From positions 2,592,001 through 2,656,000 of the forward strand of contig CBDCTZ010000016.1 of NCBI GenBank assembly GCA_965222375.1: a stretch of DNA of 64,000 nucleotides. Reading direction: 5' to 3'. The position numbers were made by a program, and so were the translations under genes. The notes below the pieces were generated by a model, which was not told the DNA's origin, did not search any database, and saw only the letters and a list, made by a program, of their open reading frames with translations. Numbering within the stretch: the first letter of the stretch is position 1; every line of letters begins with the position of its first letter. This stretch comes from Polyangiaceae bacterium. GTDB lineage: Bacteria; Myxococcota_A; Polyangia; Polyangiales; Polyangiaceae. Below, piece by piece: positions 9,372-19,161 of the stretch.

Positions 9372-10382
9372 ATGTCTGCAGTTCGCCTGCGCAACCGAGC
9401 AGTCCTCCCCCTTTTAGCGATGGCACTGATGTGCCTGAGCGGCGGCGCTTTTGGCCAAAGCGAGGAGGAGTTGTCTCGAGCCCGGCAGCTCTACGCCCAG
9501 GGGCTGACCCAGGAAGCAGCTGGCGACTGGGCGGGCGCTCTCAACGCCTTTCAGCAGGTCTCGCGCATCAAAATGACGCCGCAAGTGCGTTATCACATCG
9601 CTCGCTGCAAAGAGAACTTGGGTCGCCTCAACGAGGCCCTGGGCGGCTATCGCCTAGCCGAGTACGAGGCTGAGCGAGCCGAGAAAAGGAAACCCGAGCT
9701 GATTGGGGAGATCAAGAAGGCTCGGGAATCCCTGAAGGCTCGCATCCCAAAGCTCGTCATCGAGCGGGGTGACGGTGCCGCTGCGATCAAGATCGAACTG
9801 GATGGTGTTGCCCTTGGGCCAGCGAAGGTGGGTCGTGAGGTGAGTGTCGACCCGGGCCCTCACTCTGTGGTTGGTGTCACTTCCGCAGGCAAGCGCTTTG
9901 AGCAGACCATCGAGGTAGCCGAAGGCGAAACGGAGCGCATCAAGCTACATGTGCCCGAGGAGATGCGGGGTGGTACGGGGGACGCGAACTCCGCAGCTGG
10001 CAGGGGCTCCATGACAGGAGATCGGTCTGCGGATTCCGCGAACGAGGCGGCGTCCAGTTCCGCGTTTCCGTGGGTCGTCACGGGTCTGGGCGTGGCCAGC
10101 CTCGCCGCGAGCGGAGTGTTTTTCGCGCTGCGCTCCCAGGCCGAGCAGGAACTGGATGAGGGCTGCTTGGGCAATGTGTGTCCAGACACTCTCGAGAGCA
10201 CGGAACAACGCGGAAAGACCTACGCGCTGCTGTCAGGAGTGACATTGGGAGTCGGCATCGTCGGCGTGGGTGTGGGCACGGTCTTGCTTGTGACCCGCGG
10301 AAAGAAAGACTCGTCCGCCGATGGCGCCAGCGTCGCGCTGCAGCTCTCGCCAAATCGAGTCAGTCTGTCCGGACAGTTCTGA
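9372..10382 (+). CDS. Secreted TPR + PEGA-like protein
   Basis: Signal peptide, TPR (AAGDWAGALNAFQQV), VDPGPHSV PEGA-like domain, hydrophobic pair around C..NVCP, ends SGQF. Confidence 0.85.
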   Translation: MSAVRLRNRAVLPLLAMALMCLSGGAFGQSEEELSRARQLYAQGLTQEAAGDWAGALNAFQQVSRIKMTPQVRYHIARCKENLGRLNEALGGYRLAEYEAERAEKRKPELIGEIKKARESLKARIPKLVIERGDGAAAIKIELDGVALGPAKVGREVSVDPGPHSVVGVTSAGKRFEQTIEVAEGETERIKLHVPEEMRGGTGDANSAAGRGSMTGDRSADSANEAASSSAFPWVVTGLGVASLAASGVFFALRSQAEQELDEGCLGNVCPDTLESTEQRGKTYALLSGVTLGVGIVGVGVGTVLLVTRGKKDSSADGASVALQLSPNRVSLSGQF

Positions 10383-10385
10383 AGC

Positions 10386-10511
10386 ATGCTCGACGACCAC
10401 GCTTTCGTCGTCACCGGCGCCGGTAGCGGTATTGGCTGAGCGACGGCGGTTCAGCTCACGGCGGCAGGCGCACGAGTCGTGATTAACGACATAGATGGCT
10501 CCTTTTCTTGA
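10386..10511 (+). pseudogene. SDR oxidoreductase N-terminal fragment with internal stop
   Basis: Manual translation MLDDHAFVVTGAGSGIG*ATAVQLTAAGARVVINDIDG; TGxxxGIG Rossmann motif; TGA at 10437-10439. Confidence 0.8.
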
Positions 10512-10759
10512 AGGGAACGCGGAATGACACCAACCACCTTCGACCCTGCTTTCAAGGCGGCATCTGCCAGGACCCCCATCAGGCCCACACTCGCGCCGCC
10601 GTAGACGACGTCCCAGTGAGCAGCGGCAAGTGCGTGGCCGGTCTGCTTGGCGAGTTCTGTCGGCCAGGGAAGGGTTGGATCGCTGGCGCCCAAAAAGACA
10701 CAAACGCTTCGGGGCGGAGTTGGTTTTGCGTCAGCTGGGTCGCGATGATCTTGGGGCAC
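10451..10759 (-). pseudogene. Truncated LOG-family (TIGR00730-type) phosphoribohydrolase
   Basis: SVCVFLGAS...VVYGGASVGLMGVLADAALKAGSKVVGVIP is the LOG N-terminal half; the HERK and PGGxGTxEE motifs are missing. Confidence 0.8.
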
Positions 10760-10788
10760 GGCGCAGCATGCTATCCTCGTCAGAGCAG

Positions 10789-11934
10789 ATGGGTAGCTTC
10801 GCGCGCGCTTTTCTCGTCGCCATGGGCGCGGTTGGTAGCCTGGCTTGCGGATTGGACGACCGCGGCGACGGCGCCAGCACGACGGTGGTCGGGATCGGTG
10901 GCCAGAGCGCCGATGCTGGGCTGTCGGGTGCCGGGGGTGCCGGGGCAACCGGTGGCGCCGGCGCCGTGGCTGGAGCGGGCAGTGGTGGCTTCGCCGGTGG
11001 GACCCTGGGCGGCGGCGAAAACTGCACCGATGGCATCGACGATGACAAAGATGGCGCGCCCGACTGCGCTGATCCGGACTGTGCCCAGTACAGCTGCGTG
11101 CCTCGTCTGCCGGTGGGATTCACGGGTTTCGCCAGAGTGCGTGGGGAGGGCGTTCCACCCGTTGGGGCGGAGGGCCCAACCTGCCCAGATGGGTCACCCC
11201 CGACGCGCTACCTGAGCAACCTCGCGGGCCCGGCCCAATGCTCTGCCTGCAGCTGCGGCGGGCTCCAGGGGGCCACTTGTGGCCCAGCGGGTTTGTTCTG
11301 CAAACACGCCGATTCAGATTGCACCGGAGCTCAGGACTGGAGTGGCAAGATTGGCGGTGGTTGCACCAACGGGGATGGTGGACAGAGCAAGCTCTCCTGC
11401 TTCGCCACTCCCGCGGCGGTGGCTCAACAAGGTAGCTGTGAGCCAAGCACGAGTACGAATACCGACACCGATGCCTACTTTGGCGTGTCGGACGTGTGCC
11501 GACAGCCGGCGGGCCAGGGCTGCTCAGCCGGGCAGGCTTGCGTTGCCAATGGTACTGGGGAGTACGCGGGCTTCATTTGCGTGGAGCAACCTGGGGAAGT
11601 GCCCTGTCCAAGCGAATACAGCGTTGCCATCGTCGGCTATAAGTCGGTTCAGGACAATCGAAGCTGCTCGGCCTGCCAGTGCACTCCGAGCCAGGTGACG
11701 TGCGACGCTCCCGAATACAGTTTCTATGATGGATGGAGCTGTGGCGGCAGCAGGAAGACGGTGACGTCCACAACTTGCCAAAACCTTTCCGGACTGCTGG
11801 ACTGGGGCACCTGGTCCTACAAGACGACCCACAATCCCCAGGCATTCGGTACCTGCCTGGCCCAAGGGGGCTCGCCACAAGGTAGTGTGGCTGGTGTAGG
11901 CGCAATCACATTTTGCTGTCGCTCCGTGCTCTAG
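10789..11934 (+). CDS. Cys-rich lipoprotein
   Basis: Lipobox SLAC, Gly linker, ENCTDGIDDDKDGAPDCADPDC motif, CSACSC/CSACQC repeats, ends ITFCC. Confidence 0.8.
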   Translation: MGSFARAFLVAMGAVGSLACGLDDRGDGASTTVVGIGGQSADAGLSGAGGAGATGGAGAVAGAGSGGFAGGTLGGGENCTDGIDDDKDGAPDCADPDCAQYSCVPRLPVGFTGFARVRGEGVPPVGAEGPTCPDGSPPTRYLSNLAGPAQCSACSCGGLQGATCGPAGLFCKHADSDCTGAQDWSGKIGGGCTNGDGGQSKLSCFATPAAVAQQGSCEPSTSTNTDTDAYFGVSDVCRQPAGQGCSAGQACVANGTGEYAGFICVEQPGEVPCPSEYSVAIVGYKSVQDNRSCSACQCTPSQVTCDAPEYSFYDGWSCGGSRKTVTSTTCQNLSGLLDWGTWSYKTTHNPQAFGTCLAQGGSPQGSVAGVGAITFCCRSVL

Positions 11935-11943
11935 GTTCACCCC

Positions 11944-13140
11944 ATGCTCGATTTCACCGACCCCGATGAGCTCGTGGGCGCCGTGCTCGACCAGCGGTTT
12001 CGCCTGGAACGGGCACTGGGGCGAGGTGGGCTCGCCGTGGTCTACGAAGCATCATCACTCGACGGCCAGAGTAGTGTAGCGCTCAAGATCTTGCGGGCTG
12101 AGTTTGGAGATTCCTCCGAGATTGTAGAGAGGTTCCTGAACGAACTTTCCGCCAGCGCCCGAGTGGAACACCCCGCAGTGGCGAAGATCTTCGAGGCGGT
12201 GCAGGCAGCCGACGGGACGCCCTACCTGGTGATGGAACTCGTGCCTGGCATCCCGCTTTCTCAACGCATGAACCAAGGCCGGCTGCCCGTCGAGCAGGCG
12301 ACGGGGATTGCTCGCAACATCCTCTCCGCCTTGGCCGTGGCACATCCGGGTGGTGTCGTTCATCGAGATCTCAAGCCAGGCAACGTGATGCTGATGGGTG
12401 ACCCCAATTCGAGTACGGAACTAAAAGTGCTCGATTTCGGTATTGCTCGGGTCATCGACGCGGCGGGCGGCGCTCAGCGCAAGACCCGCACGGGCATGTT
12501 GCTGGGTACGCCGGGCTACATGAGCCCCGAGCAGATCCGCAGCATCAAGGCGACGGATCCCAGAGCCGATCTCTGGTCCGTCGGGATCTTGACGTACGAG
12601 ATGCTGTCGGGAGAGATGGCTTTCGATGCGGAGAACGAGTTCGAACGCATCACCAAAGTTCTCAACAGCGCTCCGATCCCGATTGAAGAGGTGGCGCCTC
12701 AGTACGCGCACTGGGGGCCTTTCTTTCGGCGCGCTCTCGCCAAAGAGCTGACGGACCGCTTCCAAACGGCGGACGAAATGGCGCTCGCTCTCGAGCGCAC
12801 GGCTCGAGGCGAGGACATCAGCGCGGCAACCATGGCGTCAGTTCCCCCGGCTGCATCCGGGGCGGCTGTGTCCTCCGGGGGCTTCGCCAGCTCGCCGCCT
12901 GCCCACTCGGCTCCCCCGCCATCGCCGGGTCAACCTCACTCGGGACCCTTCGGAACGTCCAATACTGCCGTTTCGCCTGGCTCAGCCCATGAGTCGTCGA
13001 CCGCGCACCCGGAGCTCAACATTCCCGTCGTGGAAGTACCGCGCCGTCCGGCCAGCGTGCCCCTGACCTTGGCGGTCTTGTTGGCCCTGATTTGCCTGGC
13101 ACTGGGTTTTTTCGGGGGCTTTCTCGCAGCACGCTATTGA
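11944..13140 (+). CDS. Ser/Thr kinase with C-terminal membrane anchor
   Basis: GRGGLA, VALK, HRDLKPGN, DFG, GTPGYMSPEQ; terminal TM helix. Confidence 0.93.
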   Translation: MLDFTDPDELVGAVLDQRFRLERALGRGGLAVVYEASSLDGQSSVALKILRAEFGDSSEIVERFLNELSASARVEHPAVAKIFEAVQAADGTPYLVMELVPGIPLSQRMNQGRLPVEQATGIARNILSALAVAHPGGVVHRDLKPGNVMLMGDPNSSTELKVLDFGIARVIDAAGGAQRKTRTGMLLGTPGYMSPEQIRSIKATDPRADLWSVGILTYEMLSGEMAFDAENEFERITKVLNSAPIPIEEVAPQYAHWGPFFRRALAKELTDRFQTADEMALALERTARGEDISAATMASVPPAASGAAVSSGGFASSPPAHSAPPPSPGQPHSGPFGTSNTAVSPGSAHESSTAHPELNIPVVEVPRRPASVPLTLAVLLALICLALGFFGGFLAARY

Positions 13141-13204
13141 TTGCTCGGCCGGGGTTTTTACTGCCCTCGGTCGATGCTAGAAGCGGACGCGGAGGTTTTC
13201 AGCG

Positions 13205-13747
13205 GTGGAAGAACTGGATGCTCGTTGCTTGGAAGCGTTTCCAGGGTGGCTCAGGGGATTGAACGCCGACTCCCGCGCCTTGGGGGACTTGGTAGAAGGG
13301 GCGCGCGGCAGCGAGGCGGCGCGCCGGCACCTGGTAGGGGCCTTGAACTACTTGTTCAAGTCCCTCGATCTGATTCCCGATGGCATCGAGGACCTCGGAT
13401 TCATCGATGACGCTTTCGTCTTTCGGGTCGCATCGGCTCTCGCTATCGCCGAAGACCCTGGCATATCTTCAAGTGAATCGGCAATCGGTCGAATGGCGGA
13501 GGATGCGGCGCTCATCCGCGAGTTCCTCGACGACGATTATCCTCGGCTCGAAGCCTACGTGCGTGGGTTGGGCCAGGTCAGCGCCCGGGGGCGCAGCGTT
13601 GACCAGGTGATCGCCGACGATTCCCAGCGCGCTGAACTCGCTCGGGAAGTACGAAGTTGGGCGGACGCTTACGATGCTCCCAGCTTCAACCGGGACGAGA
13701 AAACCCTAGTGAAGCTGAGAGCTTTTCTGTCGGCGAAATTGCCCTGA
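13205..13747 (+). CDS. DUF1232/YkvA-family protein
   Basis: ALNYLFKSLDLIPDGIEDLGFIDD motif. Confidence 0.8.
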   Translation: MEELDARCLEAFPGWLRGLNADSRALGDLVEGARGSEAARRHLVGALNYLFKSLDLIPDGIEDLGFIDDAFVFRVASALAIAEDPGISSSESAIGRMAEDAALIREFLDDDYPRLEAYVRGLGQVSARGRSVDQVIADDSQRAELAREVRSWADAYDAPSFNRDEKTLVKLRAFLSAKLP

Positions 13748-13757
13748 GGTCCGACCG

Positions 13758-15488
13758 CTAGACCGGCCGGGCGGCGGTTTGCGCCACTCGTTGACTCGTC
13801 TGTGGAGCGTTCCGCGCTTGCGCAGGGCTCGATTCGAGTTCCGCCATTAAGTCGCGACACTCCTGCTTGCCGCGCAGGCTGTCGATCAGAGTCTTCGACG
13901 CATCTTGGAAAGCCTTTTCGAACTTCAGGCCTTCTTTCGCGCGCTGCGCCACCTTCTCGCGACCCGCCTGAAGGTCTTCTTCCAAGGCCTCCGCGTAGCG
14001 CGAAAGCTGCGCGCGCAGTTCCTCGATTTGCCTACGCAGGTCCCGCGCCGTGGCTTCCCGCCCCGCTCGGCGTGCCTCCCGGGTTTGAAGCCATTGACGC
14101 TTCGCTTCCACCATTGCCACAGATGCGCCCGCCGCCTCGAAGATGGGCCGGGTGCCTTTGCCAGCACGATCCGCCTGGTCGGCCTGTGCCACCTTTTCCT
14201 TGGCGGTTTGCTGGGCAGAGCCGAGCTCTCGCCGTGCGATTTCTTCTTCTTCCGCGTAGGCGGCAGCATCCCGCAGGGCGCGAGACTCCTCCTGGGCTAG
14301 CTCTTCGACCTTTCGACCGATCTCCGCGCGGAGCGCCCGACCACGCCGCTCGAGGGCTTCGAGTTTACGCGTATGACTTGCGATTTCGCCCTCCAGGCTG
14401 TTCGCCTTGGCAGCAGCGTCCCACACGGCGCTCTGCGCCGAGAGCAGCTCCGCGGGCGAGTTTCCCGACGGGAAGGCTCGGGCCAACATGCGCGCGAACA
14501 TTCCGGCGCGCGCAGCCCACTCGGTTACGCTCGGCGAGCGAGGTGGGGGAGGGGGAGCCGGGGGGGCGGCTGGCGCTTCGTTTCCCTCCCGATCCCAGGA
14601 AACGCTGGGTAGAGAGCGTTGGAGGGCCTTGAGCTCTTCGAGCAGGTGGTGGCCATCGCGGTAGCGTTTGCGTCCGTCCTTCTCCAGCAGCTTCAGGACG
14701 ATCCGCTCGGCGACTGGATTGATGTCCTTGCGGATCGAGTTCGGGCGCGGCGCCGGTGCGGAACGCTGCATTTCCAACAATGTCTCTCGGTCGTTGGCTC
14801 GGAACGGCAGCTGACCGACCAGCATTTCGAAGAACAACACCCCCAAGGCGTAGAGATCCGACTGAGGGCCGGCCTGCTCTCCTCGGGCTTGCTCCGGTGA
14901 CATGTACTCCGGAGTACCGAATACCGCGCCCTTGGGTGCCAACCGAGGGTCATGCGCCAGCGCTGCCAGACCGAAGTCAAGGATCTTCACGTAGTCTTTG
15001 CGGCCACCACGTGCGGTGAGCAAGATGTTGTCGCTCTTGAGATCTCGGTGGACGACGCCCAAGTCGTGAGCACGAGAGAGAGCCGCACCCATTTGTTCCA
15101 ATATGTCCACCCCTCGATTGAGAGCGACGGGTCCGCGCGCAAGCTCAGACGATAGTGGCGTACCAATCAGGTACTCCATGACGAGGTACAGCTCACCTTC
15201 GTCGGTCTCACCGATGTCATAGATGTCGATGATGTGCGCGTGGTCGACGCGATTCGCGGCCCGGGCTTCTCGCAGCATCCAGGCGCGGAGATGGGTCTCA
15301 CCCCTCAGATCGGGCCGTATCAATTTGACGGCGACAACACGGTCGATCAGGACGTGGCGCGCACGGTAGACGATACCCATGCCGCCCTCACCGATGCGCG
15401 CTTCCAATCGGTAGCGGCCGGCGATGACCTTGCCCAGGGATGGGTCATCGGCCCCTCTTCGAGATTTTTGCGGCGCGGCGTGTGCCAT
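13758..15488 (-). CDS. Cytoplasmic Ser/Thr kinase with long C-terminal coiled coil
   Basis: GEGGMG, VAVK, HRDLKSDN, DFG, GTPEYMSPEQ; E/R/A-rich helical tail; no TM. Confidence 0.93.
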   Translation of the reverse strand: MAHAAPQKSRRGADDPSLGKVIAGRYRLEARIGEGGMGIVYRARHVLIDRVVAVKLIRPDLRGETHLRAWMLREARAANRVDHAHIIDIYDIGETDEGELYLVMEYLIGTPLSSELARGPVALNRGVDILEQMGAALSRAHDLGVVHRDLKSDNILLTARGGRKDYVKILDFGLAALAHDPRLAPKGAVFGTPEYMSPEQARGEQAGPQSDLYALGVLFFEMLVGQLPFRANDRETLLEMQRSAPAPRPNSIRKDINPVAERIVLKLLEKDGRKRYRDGHHLLEELKALQRSLPSVSWDREGNEAPAAPPAPPPPPRSPSVTEWAARAGMFARMLARAFPSGNSPAELLSAQSAVWDAAAKANSLEGEIASHTRKLEALERRGRALRAEIGRKVEELAQEESRALRDAAAYAEEEEIARRELGSAQQTAKEKVAQADQADRAGKGTRPIFEAAGASVAMVEAKRQWLQTREARRAGREATARDLRRQIEELRAQLSRYAEALEEDLQAGREKVAQRAKEGLKFEKAFQDASKTLIDSLRGKQECRDLMAELESSPAQARNAPQTSQRVAQTAARPV

Positions 15489-15599
15489 GGACAGCTCAGA
15501 AAGAATTCGGCGTGGTTCGAACCGCTGATGTTACGTGATCGCGGGGGCCATCACAAAGCCTCAGCGCTACTATTTCAGCCTGTTTGACGCCGCGCCGGC

Positions 15600-16256
15600 T
15601 CAAAACACGTAACTCAGGACGGGGACCCGGACTTCGGCTTTTTGGGTGACGCCGTAGCGGAACATGTCCTCCCGGGTATACAAATCCCGCACTTCCACCG
15701 CAGGTATGCTCAAGGTGAGCGCATCCTCGTGGATGCCTACGATCGACGGAGGAGCCACGGGCATGTGGGGCGTCGTTGCTTCAGGGGCAACGCGTCGACG
15801 CCTGCTGGTTGGAGCGGGCGCGGCGGGAGGCGAACCTGCTTCAGGCTGAGCCGGCTCAGCCACAGGCTCATCTATGGGTCCGCGGTCTTCCGTGTAGTCT
15901 GCGGGCGGCTCGTAGCGCGTGGCGCTCAGCACCGCGACGGTCGTCGGAATGGCTAGCGCCATGCCTCCAGTCAGGAGGTACATCGACAGCTTGGCGCTTC
16001 CATTCTGCTCGGCGAAGTAGCCGCCGACACCGCCGGCTACGCCGCCCGCTACGCCGCCTACGGCGTATGCCCACCAGGGCTTTACCTTGAACGCAGCCTC
16101 CATGAGCATGACCACTTCTCCGCCCAGCAGCGCGCCTCCCACGATACCTTTCCCAGTCGTGGGAACCTCGGACACATTTTCACCTGCTTGGGCCACCCGT
16201 GGGGAAGCCATAAGCGCAACGGCGGTCGCTGCCGCACCCAGCATGAGCTTTCGCAT
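15600..16256 (-). CDS. Secreted/membrane hypothetical protein with Gly-zipper-like helices
   Basis: Likely start MRKLMLGAAA (SD GGAGG); signal peptide, Gly-rich hydrophobic helices, C-terminal VLSYVF; upstream part of the listed ORF is antisense shadow. Confidence 0.7.
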   Translation of the reverse strand: MRKLMLGAAATAVALMASPRVAQAGENVSEVPTTGKGIVGGALLGGEVVMLMEAAFKVKPWWAYAVGGVAGGVAGGVGGYFAEQNGSAKLSMYLLTGGMALAIPTTVAVLSATRYEPPADYTEDRGPIDEPVAEPAQPEAGSPPAAPAPTSRRRRVAPEATTPHMPVAPPSIVGIHEDALTLSIPAVEVRDLYTREDMFRYGVTQKAEVRVPVLSYVF

Positions 16257-16448
16257 TTTTCCTCCGTGAGTCTTCACTCCCGACTTGGTTGTCCGGGGGG
16301 CGAAGAACGTTCGGCAGCATAACACTCGCGCCGCCAGGTAAAAGCCTTTCGCCGGCCGAGCAGAGTTCGAGGATGCCGCAGCTGTAACAGTTTGAAATAA
16401 TTGTGTTTTATTTGGAGCGCCAGTCCTCGGGGTAGATTCCAGAGTGGC

Positions 16449-17405
16449 ATGGGTGGCTTGGTTCGCCGCGGCTTTTTCTTGGCGCTGGCCGCCAGCGGCG
16501 TGGTGTTGCTGCTGGGCGTGCTGGCAGCCTCTGTCCGACTGCTGCCCTGGTGGCTGTCCCGTGACATTCCGCTGAGCGTCAGCATGCCTTTCGCCCTGGC
16601 TCTCCTCGCTGCAGCCATGGAAGCTGCGCTGTTGGTCGGGGCTCCTCTCGGACTTGCCCTGACCGTGGGAATGGCAGTCGAAAGCGGAGAGGTTCGCGCG
16701 CTGGAGGCCTTGGGGGCCTCCCCGCGGCAGATTGCGCGGTCTCTCTGGCCCGTGCCGGCTACCCTGGGATTGCTCGCTTTCGGGCTGGACATGGCCTGGG
16801 ACGCACGCAGCGCGCCGCCCGGGGTTTTCGCCCAGAAACTGGTCGAAGAGGCAAAAACGAGTTGCTACAACACGGCCGAAACGCGCGCGATTTCGGTTCC
16901 GCTGGTGAACGTGACTTGGATGTGTTTCCAAGGGCAAGCGCCGAGAGTGGTGGCGCCCCTGCCCGGGGGCGGAGACGCCTGGGTCGTAGCGCAGAGCGTC
17001 GTGTTCAGCGCCGATCTGAGAAGCATCGCGCTCGCAAAAATGCGCATCCTGAGCCGCCCGGCGAAGGGACGACCGACGCTTCAGGTCTCCGTGGAGAGCG
17101 GGTCGATTCGTGGGCTTCCGGGCTGGGGACGTGGGACACGCCTGTCCGGGTCCCAGCGCGGGATCGTCGCCGCCCTCTTGCTCTTTGGGGTCAGCATCGC
17201 CGGGGCGTGGAGCGTGCTTCGCGGCAAGCTCCACTCCTTGATCGGCGTGGTGCCGGTGGGGTTGTTGCCTCCTGCGCTCGGCCTCGCCGTGATGTCTCGC
17301 CTGGATGCCAGCGACCTTCCCCTGAGCCTGTTCGCGGTGGTCCCTGCAGTCTGCGCCCTACTGCCAGTCGCCCTGCTCTGGCCGGCAGGGCGGCTCCGGC
17401 GCTGA
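16449..17405 (+). CDS. LptF/LptG-like permease
   Basis: Three N-terminal TMs with ESGEVRALEALGASP motif, periplasmic region, three C-terminal TMs. Confidence 0.7.
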   Translation: MGGLVRRGFFLALAASGVVLLLGVLAASVRLLPWWLSRDIPLSVSMPFALALLAAAMEAALLVGAPLGLALTVGMAVESGEVRALEALGASPRQIARSLWPVPATLGLLAFGLDMAWDARSAPPGVFAQKLVEEAKTSCYNTAETRAISVPLVNVTWMCFQGQAPRVVAPLPGGGDAWVVAQSVVFSADLRSIALAKMRILSRPAKGRPTLQVSVESGSIRGLPGWGRGTRLSGSQRGIVAALLLFGVSIAGAWSVLRGKLHSLIGVVPVGLLPPALGLAVMSRLDASDLPLSLFAVVPAVCALLPVALLWPAGRLRR

Positions 17406-17536
17406 ATCCGCATTCGCGACGCGCTGGTCATACTCGGGCGGGGCAGTCGCGATGGGGCGACCGGCCCCCGTCGTGCAAAACCGGCGCTGCTGTGTTACGC
17501 AACGCCGGTCGCGGATGCGACTTTTGGAGGCGCCCA

Positions 17537-17791
17537 ATGGCCGTCGGTCCCTGGCAAATCGTCATCGTCGCATTGATCATTCTGCTTCTCTTCGGGGCGG
17601 GTCGCCTCTCGGAGATCGGTAAGGGTTTGGGTGAAGGGATTCGGAACTTCAAGAAGGGAATCTCCGAAGACGAGAAAGACGAAATCGCCGACAAGGATCC
17701 CAAGAAACTGAAGGGCGATCCGAAGAAGAAGGCCAAGAAGGCCACGGACGCCGAGTTCGAGGACGAGGACGACGACGAGGAGAAAGCCTGA
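17537..17791 (+). CDS. tatA: Twin-arginine translocase subunit TatA/E
   Basis: MAVGPWQIVIVALIILLLFGAGRLSEIGKGLGEGIRNFKKG; SD GGAGG; acidic tail. Confidence 0.95.
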   Translation: MAVGPWQIVIVALIILLLFGAGRLSEIGKGLGEGIRNFKKGISEDEKDEIADKDPKKLKGDPKKKAKKATDAEFEDEDDDEEKA

Positions 17792-18991
17792 GTGGCTGCT
17801 GCCCTAGCGTCTCGGCTCGACTCCATCCAGCCCAGCGCCACGCTGGCCATGACGGCCAAGGCGGCCGAGCTCAAGGCGCAGGGTCGAAAGGTCTATACTT
17901 TCGGCGTCGGCGAGCCCGACTTCCGCACTCCTGCCCACATCCGCGAAGCAGCGGCGCACGCTCTGACTCAGTCGTCACACTATACGGCGGTCACGGGTAC
18001 CGCCCAGCTCAAAGAGGCTATCTGTGCGGCCACGGAGCGCGACCGGGGTTGGGCACCTTCACCCGACGTCGTGACGGTATGCGTGGGCGCAAAGCATGCC
18101 TTGTTCAACCTGGCCATGGTGCTCTGCGATCCCGGAGATGAAGTGATCATCCCCGCACCGTATTGGGTCAGCTATCCAGCCCAGTGGAGCTTGTTCGGTG
18201 GCGTACCGAAAATCGTGCCGACCCGGACCGAGGACGGATGGCGCCTTTCCCCAGATGCCCTCGAGGCAGCGGTCACCCCCAAGACGAAAGCGCTGATTCT
18301 GTGTACTCCGTCCAATCCGACCGGCGGCGCCTATGCCGAAGAGGACCTAGCGGCCTTGGCCGACGTGCTGCGACGCCACGACATCTACGTGATCGTAGAC
18401 GAAATCTACGGCGAGCTCGTTTACGACGGCTTCACTCACGTTTCCCTGTCCAAGATAGCGCCTGACCTGCGGGATCGAATCGTCGCCATAGACGGAGTGA
18501 GCAAGACCTACGCGATGACCGGGTGGCGGATTGGCTGGGCCATCGCGCCGCCGCACATCGCCAAGGCCATCAACAAGGTGCAGGGCCAGTCCACCACGAA
18601 CCCAACGGCGGCGGCCCAAGTCGCCGCCATCGCCGCGCTCACCGGACCCCGTGACGAAATCCACCGGATGCGGGACGCTTTTTCGAGTCGGCGCAAGAAG
18701 ATGGTCGACGGACTCAACGCCATTTCGGGCATTCGCTGTGCGCTGCCGAAAGGAGCCTTCTACGCCTTTCCCGACGTGACCGGCCTGTACGGGATCCGCT
18801 GGGGGGACAAGACCCTGAACAGCGATCTAGATGTTGCGCTATGGCAGCTCGAAGTCTGCGGAATCGCCGCCGTGGCTGGCACACCCTTCGGTGCGCCGGG
18901 GCACATCCGCTACACCTACGCTTGTGGCGAAGACGTGATCGATGAGGCACTCAGTGCGCTGGCGGCTGCGGTCTCGGACGCAAAACGCTGA
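17792..18991 (+). CDS. PLP-dependent aminotransferase class I/II (aspartate aminotransferase type)
   Basis: GVGEPDF, GAKHAL, PSNPTG, DEIY, SKTYAMTGWRIG. Confidence 0.93.
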   Translation: MAAALASRLDSIQPSATLAMTAKAAELKAQGRKVYTFGVGEPDFRTPAHIREAAAHALTQSSHYTAVTGTAQLKEAICAATERDRGWAPSPDVVTVCVGAKHALFNLAMVLCDPGDEVIIPAPYWVSYPAQWSLFGGVPKIVPTRTEDGWRLSPDALEAAVTPKTKALILCTPSNPTGGAYAEEDLAALADVLRRHDIYVIVDEIYGELVYDGFTHVSLSKIAPDLRDRIVAIDGVSKTYAMTGWRIGWAIAPPHIAKAINKVQGQSTTNPTAAAQVAAIAALTGPRDEIHRMRDAFSSRRKKMVDGLNAISGIRCALPKGAFYAFPDVTGLYGIRWGDKTLNSDLDVALWQLEVCGIAAVAGTPFGAPGHIRYTYACGEDVIDEALSALAAAVSDAKR

Positions 18992-19161
18992 CCCGCGGTC
19001 CAACTGAAAACAGGCGTCACGCACGGGCAGTCATGCAGAAATTTCGCAAAAACCCCGAACCCCTCAGGAGCGCCCCTGGCTTATCCTCTGGGATTGAACT
19101 ATAGGCGACGTCAGCCGTTTTCGGAGCGCTGCTTGCCAGCCCCGAAAGGGAAATCGTCGGC

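Noticed and set aside
15600..17791. Long ORFs 15600-17234 (-) and 16862-17791 (+) as full-length proteins
   Set aside because: Upstream parts are shadow frames of the LptF/G-like gene; SD-supported starts are at 16256 and 17537
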